Shown: one piece after another, positions 9,503 through 18,035 of the stretch
How positions within the stretch are numbered: position 1 is the stretch's first letter
How the letters are laid out: every line of letters starts with the position of its first letter
Virus record (IMG/VR): IMGVR_UViG_3300033067_002050
Coordinates: 1 to 44,295 of that record
DNA from: a virus
Taxonomy: Duplodnaviria; Caudoviricetes
Direction: 5' to 3' (one strand)
DNA: 44,295 nt
Position numbers and translations under genes: made by a program
The notes under the pieces: model-generated
What the model saw: the letters and a program-made list of their open reading frames with translations, nothing else
The model's database searches: none
What the model was told of the DNA's origin: nothing

Positions 9503-9869
9503 TTTCTTCACGCAACATATCACAAATTACTGCCTCAAGCTCCAATTTTACAGGCATATCCATCTTCGTTGTAAGCACCATAGAACGTAATTTATTTAAT
9601 GGTACCATCGGCCCACCATTATATTCACCACCCTTAACCCTGTGCTGAATTACCAATGGCTTTGCCTTTTCCTGCTTTACAGGAACACCAGCCTCAGCGC
9701 CAATAAGCTGAGCATATAATTCTTCAATACTAATTGAAAGTACACCAGACTTCATTCCCTTTAGCTTAAAAGAAATTTGCTGGTCAGCCGTAAGTGTTAC
9801 CTGAATTTCACGGTCATTGAATTTGACGGTGGATTCACGTGTAATGTCCTTGTCAAGAATTGTTGCCAT
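9492..9869 (-). CDS. Hypothetical protein
   Basis: 125-aa ORF in operon. Confidence 0.7.
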   Translation of the reverse strand: MATILDKDITRESTVKFNDREIQVTLTADQQISFKLKGMKSGVLSISIEELYAQLIGAEAGVPVKQEKAKPLVIQHRVKGGEYNGGPMVPLNKLRSMVLTTKMDMPVKLELEAVICDMLREEIKL

Positions 9870-10281
9870 GTTTTTTCTTTAAATGTTTATAATAATGATA
9901 AATAACTGTCCTGTCACGATTAATTAATTCAGCTGCTAATCTTACATTTATTTTGTTATTGAATACAATCTTCGAATAATCAATAACAGCATTTCGTTCC
10001 TTGACCAATTCATGCTTCTGTAATCTGGTTTTCCTATCGAGTATCTTATTGATATCGGCACCATTCCTTTCAACACAAATATCCAAAATCTGATTCAACG
10101 ATAATGCACCATCAATATTTCCAATATCACCATCAATTACAATTTCACTATTACGAAGAAATGGTTTTCTAAAATCAGAAAGCCCATTCATAGCGTTCCA
10201 ATCAATAATCAATTGTTTCCCAAAGGTATTTTGAAACTCTTTCTGAAAACCTTTGATGACCATCAATTCAATCTTATCCAT
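9853..10281 (-). CDS. Hypothetical protein with DnaA-domain-IV-like HTH
   Basis: AAELINRDRTVIYHY resembles the RDHTTV HTH. Confidence 0.55.
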   Translation of the reverse strand: MDKIELMVIKGFQKEFQNTFGKQLIIDWNAMNGLSDFRKPFLRNSEIVIDGDIGNIDGALSLNQILDICVERNGADINKILDRKTRLQKHELVKERNAVIDYSKIVFNNKINVRLAAELINRDRTVIYHYYKHLKKKHGNNS

Positions 10282-10555
10282 TCAACAATATTTTTGATAT
10301 CCAAATTCCTAAGATACTACCAACAACACCACCCAACGCATAACCCAACCAAGGCCAGAACGCATTGTCACCCTCTTTCTCTTCCTTTGCAATTCTCTTG
10401 ATAACAAAGAATGATGCACTGGCAATCATAAAATCAGACACCGCCGATTGTAAATAATCTCCCTTGGCAACCGCCCTGTAATTTATACAAAGAATTGTAT
10501 ACATCAAAACCTGTGTTAAAAACAATATCAAAAAATCCTTTCGCTGTTTGCTCAT
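10274..10555 (-). CDS. Small membrane protein
   Basis: Three hydrophobic segments. Confidence 0.7.
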   Translation of the reverse strand: MSKQRKDFLILFLTQVLMYTILCINYRAVAKGDYLQSAVSDFMIASASFFVIKRIAKEEKEGDNAFWPWLGYALGGVVGSILGIWISKILLNG

Positions 10556-10556
10556 T

Positions 10557-11468
10557 TTAAAAATTTAAATTCCCTTGATTTACATTGAATGTAAAAATAC
10601 CCTGTTCATACCACATATCCAAAACTTGTAACCTATCATCATAAACAGCCAATACATTATATTTCCCCTCAATTTCATTCTGATAAATCTCACGTTTGAT
10701 AACCGTGTCCTTTCTGTAATCATTCTCAGGCCGCATAAACAACATATCAAACTCAATCTCATAAAAATTCATCCATTCAATTGTCTCTTCTCGGCAAATA
10801 GCATCACGACCACTTACCAACAGAATTTTCCGACCCTTTGAACGATGGAAAGCGACTTGCTCGGCAACCAATATGTTCACGTCATCCCTATCCACCTTCT
10901 TCCATTCAAACGCTCCACGATTTTTCATATGGGCCAACGTGCCATCTATATCAAAGATAACAGCTTGTGGTAATACTGAATACCAATCTGGTTCAACAAC
11001 GGGACGATTGTCAATCTTCCTGATAGAACTAAAATCCATTCCATCAACAAGCTTCTTATAATCCTCATACATCTTTCTGATTACACCTTCACCAACCTTA
11101 GCGTCCCTAGCGTTGTCACGCTCAATAGCCTTGGCCAATGATATATCAAACAACTGATATTCGATATCAGCAGTGTATTTAAATCTTTCGATGATTTCAT
11201 CCAGATATTTTTGTTTCAAATTGGTGTTGTCAACAATAACATTCTGCTTACGCATCAAACATGTTTCAATTGTTGAAAACATAAGCCCAGTAATCATATC
11301 CTCAATCTTAGGCTCACACATCTGCGCATCCTTCAACATCAACCTGAATGAATCACGATTAACACGAACCCAATTCTCATGCTTACGCACATAATCCTTC
11401 GCCCAAGTAGATTTACCTGACGCTGGTATGCCAATCAATATCAATATTTTTAAATTACTCTTTTTCAT
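10557..11468 (-). CDS. pseT: Polynucleotide 5'-kinase/3'-phosphatase (T4 PseT-like)
   Basis: GIPASGKST and NRD kinase motifs; HAD DIDGTLA and YDDR. Confidence 0.95.
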   Translation of the reverse strand: MKKSNLKILILIGIPASGKSTWAKDYVRKHENWVRVNRDSFRLMLKDAQMCEPKIEDMITGLMFSTIETCLMRKQNVIVDNTNLKQKYLDEIIERFKYTADIEYQLFDISLAKAIERDNARDAKVGEGVIRKMYEDYKKLVDGMDFSSIRKIDNRPVVEPDWYSVLPQAVIFDIDGTLAHMKNRGAFEWKKVDRDDVNILVAEQVAFHRSKGRKILLVSGRDAICREETIEWMNFYEIEFDMLFMRPENDYRKDTVIKREIYQNEIEGKYNVLAVYDDRLQVLDMWYEQGIFTFNVNQGNLNF

Positions 11469-11934
11469 TTCTTACATAACTTGGGTTGTACTTATTTACA
11501 AATGGTTTACCATTAAATGTAAAGGTACAACAATGACACGTAGGATGCAACATTTCATTTGTAAACGTAGGGTCCAATATTTGTAGCGTATTGTTATCAT
11601 CTACATACAATTTACTGTAATAAGAAGAATCACCACACAACCTATACGGATATTTTTGCTCCCTATCTTCTACAACAAGATGATAAATCGCATCTTCACA
11701 ATCTAATCTTGAAATAGCTTCACTGTGAACCACATCCCAATTCTCACCAATCTTTGAAAGTAAAAACATATATAACGGGGTATAATCCAATCCACGATGA
11801 ACACCCTTTTTCAAGGTCTTTTTAAGACCAGCTTTGGTGTTCCTATCATGCCTAGCATCACCACCGGAATAATGATGAACATGTCTAGCTTTGGTGTTAA
11901 CCTTCCGATACAACGGTTTCTTTTCCTGTCTCAT
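11455..11934 (-). CDS. Hypothetical protein
   Basis: 159-aa ORF overlapping the pseT start. Confidence 0.7.
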   Translation of the reverse strand: MRQEKKPLYRKVNTKARHVHHYSGGDARHDRNTKAGLKKTLKKGVHRGLDYTPLYMFLLSKIGENWDVVHSEAISRLDCEDAIYHLVVEDREQKYPYRLCGDSSYYSKLYVDDNNTLQILDPTFTNEMLHPTCHCCTFTFNGKPFVNKYNPSYVRNEKE

Positions 11935-12081
11935 CTTGTAACTGTTTTAAATATAATACTATACTCTCAAGCCACTCAATGATTTGTGGATTGGCAAAAC
12001 TGGCCGATTTATATGCATTCAATTCAGCCTCAGTTTCTTTTATTGTTTGGTCAAGTGTAATGAAAATATACCCCCAGTGTT

Positions 12082-12450
12082 TTAATCGTCAATATCTACC
12101 ATAAAGATAGCTAAAAAAGTCGAACCAACCAAAAAGAATCCACACAATATTAAAAAAACTAGACTAACTCGTTGAGTTTCAGCCTTTTCCTCGTATCTAC
12201 GGCCTTCGGTCATGGAGAAATAACTAGCTCCACCAATTGATTTCGTCCAATAAAAATTACTATCATCATCGTACTTAACTGTAATATAGTAATCTGGACG
12301 ATAATTACCCTTATAATAATGCTCACTCTGATGCTTGGTAATAAGTGTATACGTTCTCGTATAGAAAAATAACTTATTATCCTTATCAGAAACCCAATAT
12401 AAAAGGGAAAACCCAATTACAATTAATACAAAACCAATTATTCCTTTCAT
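12082..12450 (-). CDS. Hypothetical membrane protein
   Basis: N- and C-terminal transmembrane segments. Confidence 0.65.
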   Translation of the reverse strand: MKGIIGFVLIVIGFSLLYWVSDKDNKLFFYTRTYTLITKHQSEHYYKGNYRPDYYITVKYDDDSNFYWTKSIGGASYFSMTEGRRYEEKAETQRVSLVFLILCGFFLVGSTFLAIFMVDIDD

Positions 12451-12770
12451 TATCTTAAATTTTGTGAATCAATATATGCTTTTGAATATGAACTATTAAT
12501 CTTTCCATAAAGGTCATTAGGGTGAAAACCAACAACAGCATGACCAGTCGCATGATGCTCTTCACACATCAAATGGTGTGTCTCACAAACGGTAATACCA
12601 TTGGATAAAACATAACCACCATTCGGCATGTCATGCCTATCAGTAATGTGATGAACATCCAAGCCCTCTGTTACGTCACAGAAAACACATTTGTTCCCAT
12701 CACGCTCCAAACAATCTTCATTGAACTGCTTGCGCCACCTCTTATGATTCTGTTTCTGACTCATTTTCAT
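12450..12770 (-). CDS. HNH endonuclease
   Basis: ERDGNKCVFC..LDVHHI..NGITVCETHH. Confidence 0.85.
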   Translation of the reverse strand: MKMSQKQNHKRWRKQFNEDCLERDGNKCVFCDVTEGLDVHHITDRHDMPNGGYVLSNGITVCETHHLMCEEHHATGHAVVGFHPNDLYGKINSSYSKAYIDSQNLR

Positions 12771-12945
12771 TTATTAATCTGCTTCCCCAATAATCATAAA
12801 GCTCATCCAACTGAAATTCATAATCCTGATTATCGTCCAAAGCATCAATCAAATACCAACCACTCACCCCCTTGATACATTCCGTATCAAGAAAGACTGC
12901 AAAGCCCAAGGCAACTAGCTTTATTTGTGATTGTTTATCGCTCAT
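12742..12945 (-). CDS. Hypothetical protein
   Basis: ORF in operon. Confidence 0.55.
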   Translation of the reverse strand: MSDKQSQIKLVALGFAVFLDTECIKGVSGWYLIDALDDNQDYEFQLDELYDYWGSRLINENESETES

Positions 12946-12958
12946 TGTAAAAATTCTA

Positions 12959-13177
12959 TTACTTCCTCATCAGTAGTTGTTTCCCATTGATATGGTAGTG
13001 CATGACCATATAACGGATTTTGAATAAATGCATAACCAATCCAAATGTATTGATTACCCCTCCTAAAACATTGATATGAACTACCTTTCTTTTTGGTAAA
13101 CTTACCCAACGTTTCCACCCATGCTTTTCAGCTAATGAAAACATTTCCTCGTGATTTCTTTTGTAAACCAACTCCAT
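12959..13177 (-). CDS. Hypothetical protein
   Basis: ORF coupled to the YopX stop. Confidence 0.6.
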   Translation of the reverse strand: MELVYKRNHEEMFSLAEKHGWKRWVSLPKRKVVHINVLGGVINTFGLVMHLFKIRYMVMHYHINGKQLLMRK

Positions 13178-13614
13178 TACTTTAACAATTCAGGATTTTC
13201 AAATATGTTTCCAAGTATCTTGGTACCCTTAAGGTCATGCTCTCCAAACTGATTTTCACTAATTGACAAATACGCTTTTCCATCATCCATCGACTCAAAA
13301 TAAAATCCGTTTATCTCAACCTTAAAAGTATTATTTCTACTATTATATGAAACAACCTCACGCTCAATCTTACCAAACCTTATAATAAATCTGTTGTCAT
13401 CAATATAAACCGAAACAATATCTCCTTCACAAAGTTGAATATCATTCATATCCTTGGCATCCATGTATTGCATCCAAATCAATCCATTAAAATAATTAAA
13501 ATGATTTCCCAAATCCAATCGACACTTGACCAGTTCACGAACTTTAATCAACTCAATTGCATCTTCAATCATTACTTGTTGACGAATGTCCCAAGCTCTA
13601 AATTTTGTTTCCAT
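13177..13614 (-). CDS. YopX-family protein
   Basis: KFRAWD...MQY...EGDIV...GNIFENPELL. Confidence 0.9.
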   Translation of the reverse strand: METKFRAWDIRQQVMIEDAIELIKVRELVKCRLDLGNHFNYFNGLIWMQYMDAKDMNDIQLCEGDIVSVYIDDNRFIIRFGKIEREVVSYNSRNNTFKVEINGFYFESMDDGKAYLSISENQFGEHDLKGTKILGNIFENPELLK

Positions 13615-13624
13615 ATATTAATGT

Positions 13625-13999
13625 TTATTCTTCAGTATCTGATTCCTTAACCTTAAAACTTATCCCCTTGTGCGTATCAACAACCAACGTAATTAATTTC
13701 TCAGAAGATAAAACATTTTTTATATCATCTGGGACATCAATTTCATTAGCGCTTATCAAGCTGAGAACTGTTTGATTAAACATTGCAAGAGCTTCAGGAC
13801 TTAATTGATTGATAAAATCAATCGAACTATCAAGAGCCTTTGCAAACTTAAAGTCTTCATCAGTTAAAACATTCTCGCCACATTTTGGGCAAGGCTTATT
13901 CAACCAATTTTCAAATTCCTCATCAGGAATTGTTTCATTTATCCAATCACATTTTGGGTTGTCGCATTTTAAACCACCACCAACTTTTTCAATATTCAT
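13625..13999 (-). CDS. Hypothetical Zn-ribbon protein
   Basis: KCDNPKC...CPKCGEN. Confidence 0.7.
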   Translation of the reverse strand: MNIEKVGGGLKCDNPKCDWINETIPDEEFENWLNKPCPKCGENVLTDEDFKFAKALDSSIDFINQLSPEALAMFNQTVLSLISANEIDVPDDIKNVLSSEKLITLVVDTHKGISFKVKESDTEE

Positions 14000-14001
14000 A
14001 G

Positions 14002-14394
14002 TTAAAGTAATTTTAATTCACCTGTTATCTTATCAACATCCTCGGCCCATGCCGGACCAATTGCACAACATGTCTTGGTAGCAACACCACCAAATTCAGT
14101 AACACCAGCATCTACAATCAAAGAACAAATCAACCCAGCTTGCTTAGCCTTGTTATAGATTTCAACCAATTCCTTCTCAGAATCAACACTCAAACAAACC
14201 TTGGTAAACCTACCCTCAATCCAATCCTCAAGAGGAGAACCAGCAACCATTTCCATGGTCATTGAATTCTTTTGTGGCTGAAATTTCATTATGTCTAAGA
14301 TTGCTTTCATTGAGGCATGTGCCCCCTGCGCAACCATTTTCCCCTTTCTCATGTTGAGGTCCTTCCTCATCACAATTACTTGCTTGCTTCCCAT
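14002..14394 (-). CDS. Peptidyl-tRNA hydrolase, Pth2 family
   Basis: KQVIVMRKDLNMRKGKMVAQGAHA, DAGxTE, AIGP, ITGELKLL. Confidence 0.95.
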   Translation of the reverse strand: MGSKQVIVMRKDLNMRKGKMVAQGAHASMKAILDIMKFQPQKNSMTMEMVAGSPLEDWIEGRFTKVCLSVDSEKELVEIYNKAKQAGLICSLIVDAGVTEFGGVATKTCCAIGPAWAEDVDKITGELKLL

Positions 14395-14696
14395 GTTAAT
14401 TCAATTTTTAAATCTTTAGGTATATTTAGGTCTGATAACTTATTTTTGGAAACTGGGAACGAAACATGCCGAACCTTTCCAAATTTATCACGGTCCTGAT
14501 AAATCTTACCATTTAAATAATAAACATTCTCAAGACCAGTATGATGCTGATGCCCATGGTCATAATCAATCTCATAAGGAACCTTCTGCCTCAATACCTC
14601 AATTCCATTCAAAAAGAAAATATAGTGACTCTTGCTAACTCCACTCATCGGATTTTTCTTATTACGTTGAAATTTAAATGTTAACTTATTTTCCAT
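14376..14696 (-). CDS. Hypothetical protein
   Basis: 106-aa ORF in operon. Confidence 0.65.
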   Translation of the reverse strand: MENKLTFKFQRNKKNPMSGVSKSHYIFFLNGIEVLRQKVPYEIDYDHGHQHHTGLENVYYLNGKIYQDRDKFGKVRHVSFPVSKNKLSDLNIPKDLKIELTWEASK

Positions 14697-14706
14697 GTTT
14701 TTTTAT

Positions 14707-14943
14707 TTATGCAAACCCATAAGGGGTTTTGGTAAAATTAATAAACGATAACTTTTCATCGACACATTGCTCACATAAATGAGCCTCCCAATGCTCTAAA
14801 TCCTTTTTGGTGCTGAAGCCCCAATAAGACTCAAGCTTCAACGTGTTTCCTCCGTATTCGTCCATACAAGATTTACCACAACAATCACAAGTCACATCAA
14901 CCATGACCTCAGTCTTAACCATTTGATATTCTGTCTTTATCAT
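14707..14943 (-). CDS. Hypothetical Zn-finger protein
   Basis: CDCCGKSC...LCEQC. Confidence 0.65.
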   Translation of the reverse strand: MIKTEYQMVKTEVMVDVTCDCCGKSCMDEYGGNTLKLESYWGFSTKKDLEHWEAHLCEQCVDEKLSFINFTKTPYGFA

Positions 14944-15569
14944 TTTAATTTATTTGGTGTTATAATACTAAACATCCAATGCTGGTCAGTTGTCACATGC
15001 TTAGGACGAACCCACTTACCTACATTCAAAGCAAAATCATCAAAATGAAAAGAATCAGCATTCCTGATAACATACCCTTCCTTTTTGCTGGTCTCAAATG
15101 TATTCGCTAGATTTTTTAAATAACCCTCATCATATACCATCTTCCCTATCACAGGAACCATCTCAAGACTCAAAATATCACATATCCCAATTGTATCCTC
15201 CCATGATAAACATTCATTCTTTTCATTCCAAATACTAAACACCATGAAATACGAAGACAACCCCTCATAATACAACGAATGCTTCGCATACAAATTCTCA
15301 CCACATATCCTCCACCCATCAGGTATCTCATTCTTTATCTGACCCCAAAGACCCTTCACCCAATTCCTAGAATCATGATGCTTGGAATCAATGGAACGTG
15401 CATGAATACGGTCAGAATACATATTCGTGTTCTCCCCATCCATCTTCTCAGTAATTATAATAGTCTTCCCAATAAAAGACGATGTGTCCTCCATGAACTT
15501 GTCATCACTGGTTGAACCCAATGACCAAGGGAGATGTAGCGTCCGTTGGTATTTGTAATAAGTTGTCAT
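14940..15569 (-). CDS. RNA ligase (Rnl2-like nucleotidyltransferase)
   Basis: RTxHLPWS, TEKMDGEN (motif I), CGEN, EGYVIR, KWVR; ATG at 15569. Confidence 0.92.
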   Translation of the reverse strand: MTTYYKYQRTLHLPWSLGSTSDDKFMEDTSSFIGKTIIITEKMDGENTNMYSDRIHARSIDSKHHDSRNWVKGLWGQIKNEIPDGWRICGENLYAKHSLYYEGLSSYFMVFSIWNEKNECLSWEDTIGICDILSLEMVPVIGKMVYDEGYLKNLANTFETSKKEGYVIRNADSFHFDDFALNVGKWVRPKHVTTDQHWMFSIITPNKLK

Positions 15570-16236
15570 AATCACGTTTATAATAAACCCAATATTTCTT
15601 TAATAACATTCTTTTATCTCGTCTTGCGTTTTTAACATTACCCTTTGTGCATTTTAAAAATTCTGAAACCTCTCTTGAATTATTAAACTGGTTAATAATT
15701 TCATAATTCTCGTTCAATAATAACCAATCATCTTTTTTTTGTATTTCCGATATTTTTTTTCTAAACGCTTCAGATTTTCTTGAGAACTTAAATTTATCGG
15801 AATTAATCATAGCCAGTCGTCGCCGCTCAATTTCTTCCGGTAAAATTTTAAATCTTTTCCCAAACATACCGTTTCTTTCACCACTATTAGCAATCGAAAT
15901 TTTATTCTTAGATTCATTACTTAGTGTTACTCGCTTTCCACCCACATCAATATTAGTTAAATTTGAGTATTGGCTAATCCAGAAAACTTCCCTATCATTC
16001 ACAACCTCAAAATCACATTCTTCAATTAATTCAATAACAATTTTATTTTCAATGTTTTTACTTATTAATCGATATATCCAGTTTTCTTTATGCGTTAACA
16101 CTTTTTTTAATCTAAAATTTCGTTTTGTCTCATAAATATGACTTTTTAATCGATTACTTAGTTTGGCAATTGTTTGCCCAATATACCTAATTTCGTTTGT
16201 TTCAGGGCATCTTAACCCGTAAATAAATGCTTTCAT
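15505..16236 (-). CDS. GIY-YIG homing endonuclease with NUMOD-like repeats
   Basis: FIYGL..IRYIGQT, E.FWI, N..GG, SNESKNKIS, NGMFGK. Confidence 0.9.
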   Translation of the reverse strand: MKAFIYGLRCPETNEIRYIGQTIAKLSNRLKSHIYETKRNFRLKKVLTHKENWIYRLISKNIENKIVIELIEECDFEVVNDREVFWISQYSNLTNIDVGGKRVTLSNESKNKISIANSGERNGMFGKRFKILPEEIERRRLAMINSDKFKFSRKSEAFRKKISEIQKKDDWLLLNENYEIINQFNNSREVSEFLKCTKGNVKNARRDKRMLLKKYWVYYKRDYDNLLQIPTDATSPLVIGFNQ

Positions 16237-16254
16237 ATTAATAAATATCCGTAG

Positions 16255-16293
16255 TTACTGATACGTTCTGGGATATTTATAATACTGTTCCAT
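16255..16293 (-). pseudogene. Orphan original N-terminus of the RNA ligase
   Basis: MEQYYKYPRTYQ*; the current ligase begins MTTYYKYQRTLH; the ATG overlaps the upstream gene's stop (TAATG). Confidence 0.85.
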
Positions 16294-16697
16294 TATATTG
16301 TTTGTACCGTTTTAATCTTAAAAGAGAATTTACGCTCTTCAAAAAACTTAATCAACTCAACATTATCTCTGGGTATCTTGTAATAAACATACATCCAGTG
16401 AAACTCCATCACCAACCCAACCTCCTCCTCCAACATATCCAACCCAATATCAAACGGGCCAAATATCCAAGGCTTTTTATACTTAATCTTAGGGTCAATA
16501 TATGTTATTGCCAATGTGTTGAAACTAACCGAACAAAACTTGTTGATTAAATCCTTCTTAAACTCACTATGCTCACCAGCATATTCCCATCTAAGCTTAG
16601 TCAACTTATCCACATCCTTCGATTTACTACCAGAAGCATAGACATCAAACCTCAACACCAAATACTTTTTATCGTAAACTCTACCATGCTGTCTCAT
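16293..16697 (-). CDS. Hypothetical protein
   Basis: 134-aa ORF with ATGA coupling. Confidence 0.65.
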   Translation of the reverse strand: MRQHGRVYDKKYLVLRFDVYASGSKSKDVDKLTKLRWEYAGEHSEFKKDLINKFCSVSFNTLAITYIDPKIKYKKPWIFGPFDIGLDMLEEEVGLVMEFHWMYVYYKIPRDNVELIKFFEERKFSFKIKTVQTI

Positions 16698-17056
16698 ACA
16701 AAAATGACGTTTTTAAAAAATATTTGAATATCAGAATTTTCACTTAACTGCTCAACAATCGATGGCATATCAATATTATTTAAATGCTTTTGGGCTATGT
16801 TATTTAGCCTAATTACAAATATATGACCCAATAATAATATCGTTTCAATTTCTGACCTATCATCTTCACTTTCCATTTCATTAAACCAAAAATCACAATC
16901 GGTAATACCAAACTCACAAACAACTTGAAGAGCCCTTGCAACCCTTTCAGAATAACCTTCTTCCTCACATTGTCTAACAAGGCCTTCCAGTTTATCAAAA
17001 ACTGGTTTTAAGTTTCCAACGACATCTAACTCCGATAAAACAATTGTTCTTTCCAT
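16694..17056 (-). CDS. Hypothetical protein
   Basis: Likely start 17056; Bacteroidota promoter at about 17130-17161. Confidence 0.65.
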   Translation of the reverse strand: MERTIVLSELDVVGNLKPVFDKLEGLVRQCEEEGYSERVARALQVVCEFGITDCDFWFNEMESEDDRSEIETILLLGHIFVIRLNNIAQKHLNNIDMPSIVEQLSENSDIQIFFKNVIFV

Positions 17057-17186
17057 AAATATTATTTTGGGAAGGGGGTCGGGGGATGGGCAGTTAAGTC
17101 GGCCAGCCACTCCAATGCCTTATTTTAGGCAAATATACGTGTTTATTTGACCATTTCCAAATATTTATTAAAAAAGTCCTAAATCA

Positions 17187-18035
17187 ATGAGATTCATAAC
17201 AAATGCTTTGCTGGAAAATACCCAAATCGGTACCAATATGCCCATGGATGAAGTTACCGACCTTAATGAAAAAATTCTCAAAGACCTGAACCAACAACTG
17301 GAAATCCCTAAGGATGTTCTGGCTAGCTTCCAAATCAAAGACCAACTTAACCCCGATATCTGGAAAAATGAAAAATTAAACCCAGAAATCAAATCCAACT
17401 TAATCAAAATTGCCAAAGACTTCTTTAAAAACTTAGAACTACCATCAAATATAAAACTAAAAGATATCCTATTCGTAGGCTCATTAGCTAACTATAACTG
17501 GTCACGATTCTCAGATATCGACCTACACGTCGTCGTTGACTTCTCAGACTTTAAAGAAGACGAAGACTTCATAAAATCATTCTTCGACGCACAAAAAAAC
17601 CTCTTTAACTCAAAACACGATATCGAAGTCAAAGCCTACCCAGTAGAAATCTATGTCCAAGACGTTGCAGAAAAACTACACGCTGGTGCCATCTACTCCG
17701 TACCACACGATAAATGGGTACTTAAACCAGACCCAACAACATTTAAAATTGATAAAAACCTTATCAAACGAAAGGTTCAGAAAATATTTGATAAACTTAA
17801 ATCCATTAAAAAAGATTATGAACTCAAAGCATTCCAAACCGTCGTAGATAAAGTCGAAACACTCAAAGACGATATCAAAGAAATGAGACAAGCCGGACTC
17901 GAAAAAGGTGGCGAATTCTCAACCGAAAACCTAGTATTCAAGGTCCTTAGAAGAACCGACTTCATGGACCTGCTAGATAGCTATAAGATAAAAGCATATG
18001 ACCAACTGGTTAGCGTTAACGAAGAACAACCATGA
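17187..18035 (+). CDS. Pol-beta-superfamily nucleotidyltransferase
   Basis: GSLANYNWS..SDIDLHVV (GS-x-DxD) and VEIYVQD. Confidence 0.8.
   Translation: MRFITNALLENTQIGTNMPMDEVTDLNEKILKDLNQQLEIPKDVLASFQIKDQLNPDIWKNEKLNPEIKSNLIKIAKDFFKNLELPSNIKLKDILFVGSLANYNWSRFSDIDLHVVVDFSDFKEDEDFIKSFFDAQKNLFNSKHDIEVKAYPVEIYVQDVAEKLHAGAIYSVPHDKWVLKPDPTTFKIDKNLIKRKVQKIFDKLKSIKKDYELKAFQTVVDKVETLKDDIKEMRQAGLEKGGEFSTENLVFKVLRRTDFMDLLDSYKIKAYDQLVSVNEEQP

Noticed and set aside
11897-12080. Possible minus-strand ORF remnant (ITLDQTIKETEAELNAY...)
   Set aside because: It looks coding but I could not assign a start codon or a homolog, so it is not listed as a feature.
15505-16293. Group I intron around the GIY-YIG gene (also considered for the 2000 and 27377 nucleases)
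   Set aside because: There is almost no non-coding sequence for a ribozyme core, the flanking pieces are duplicates rather than complementary exons, and two of the nucleases are antisense to the target gene.
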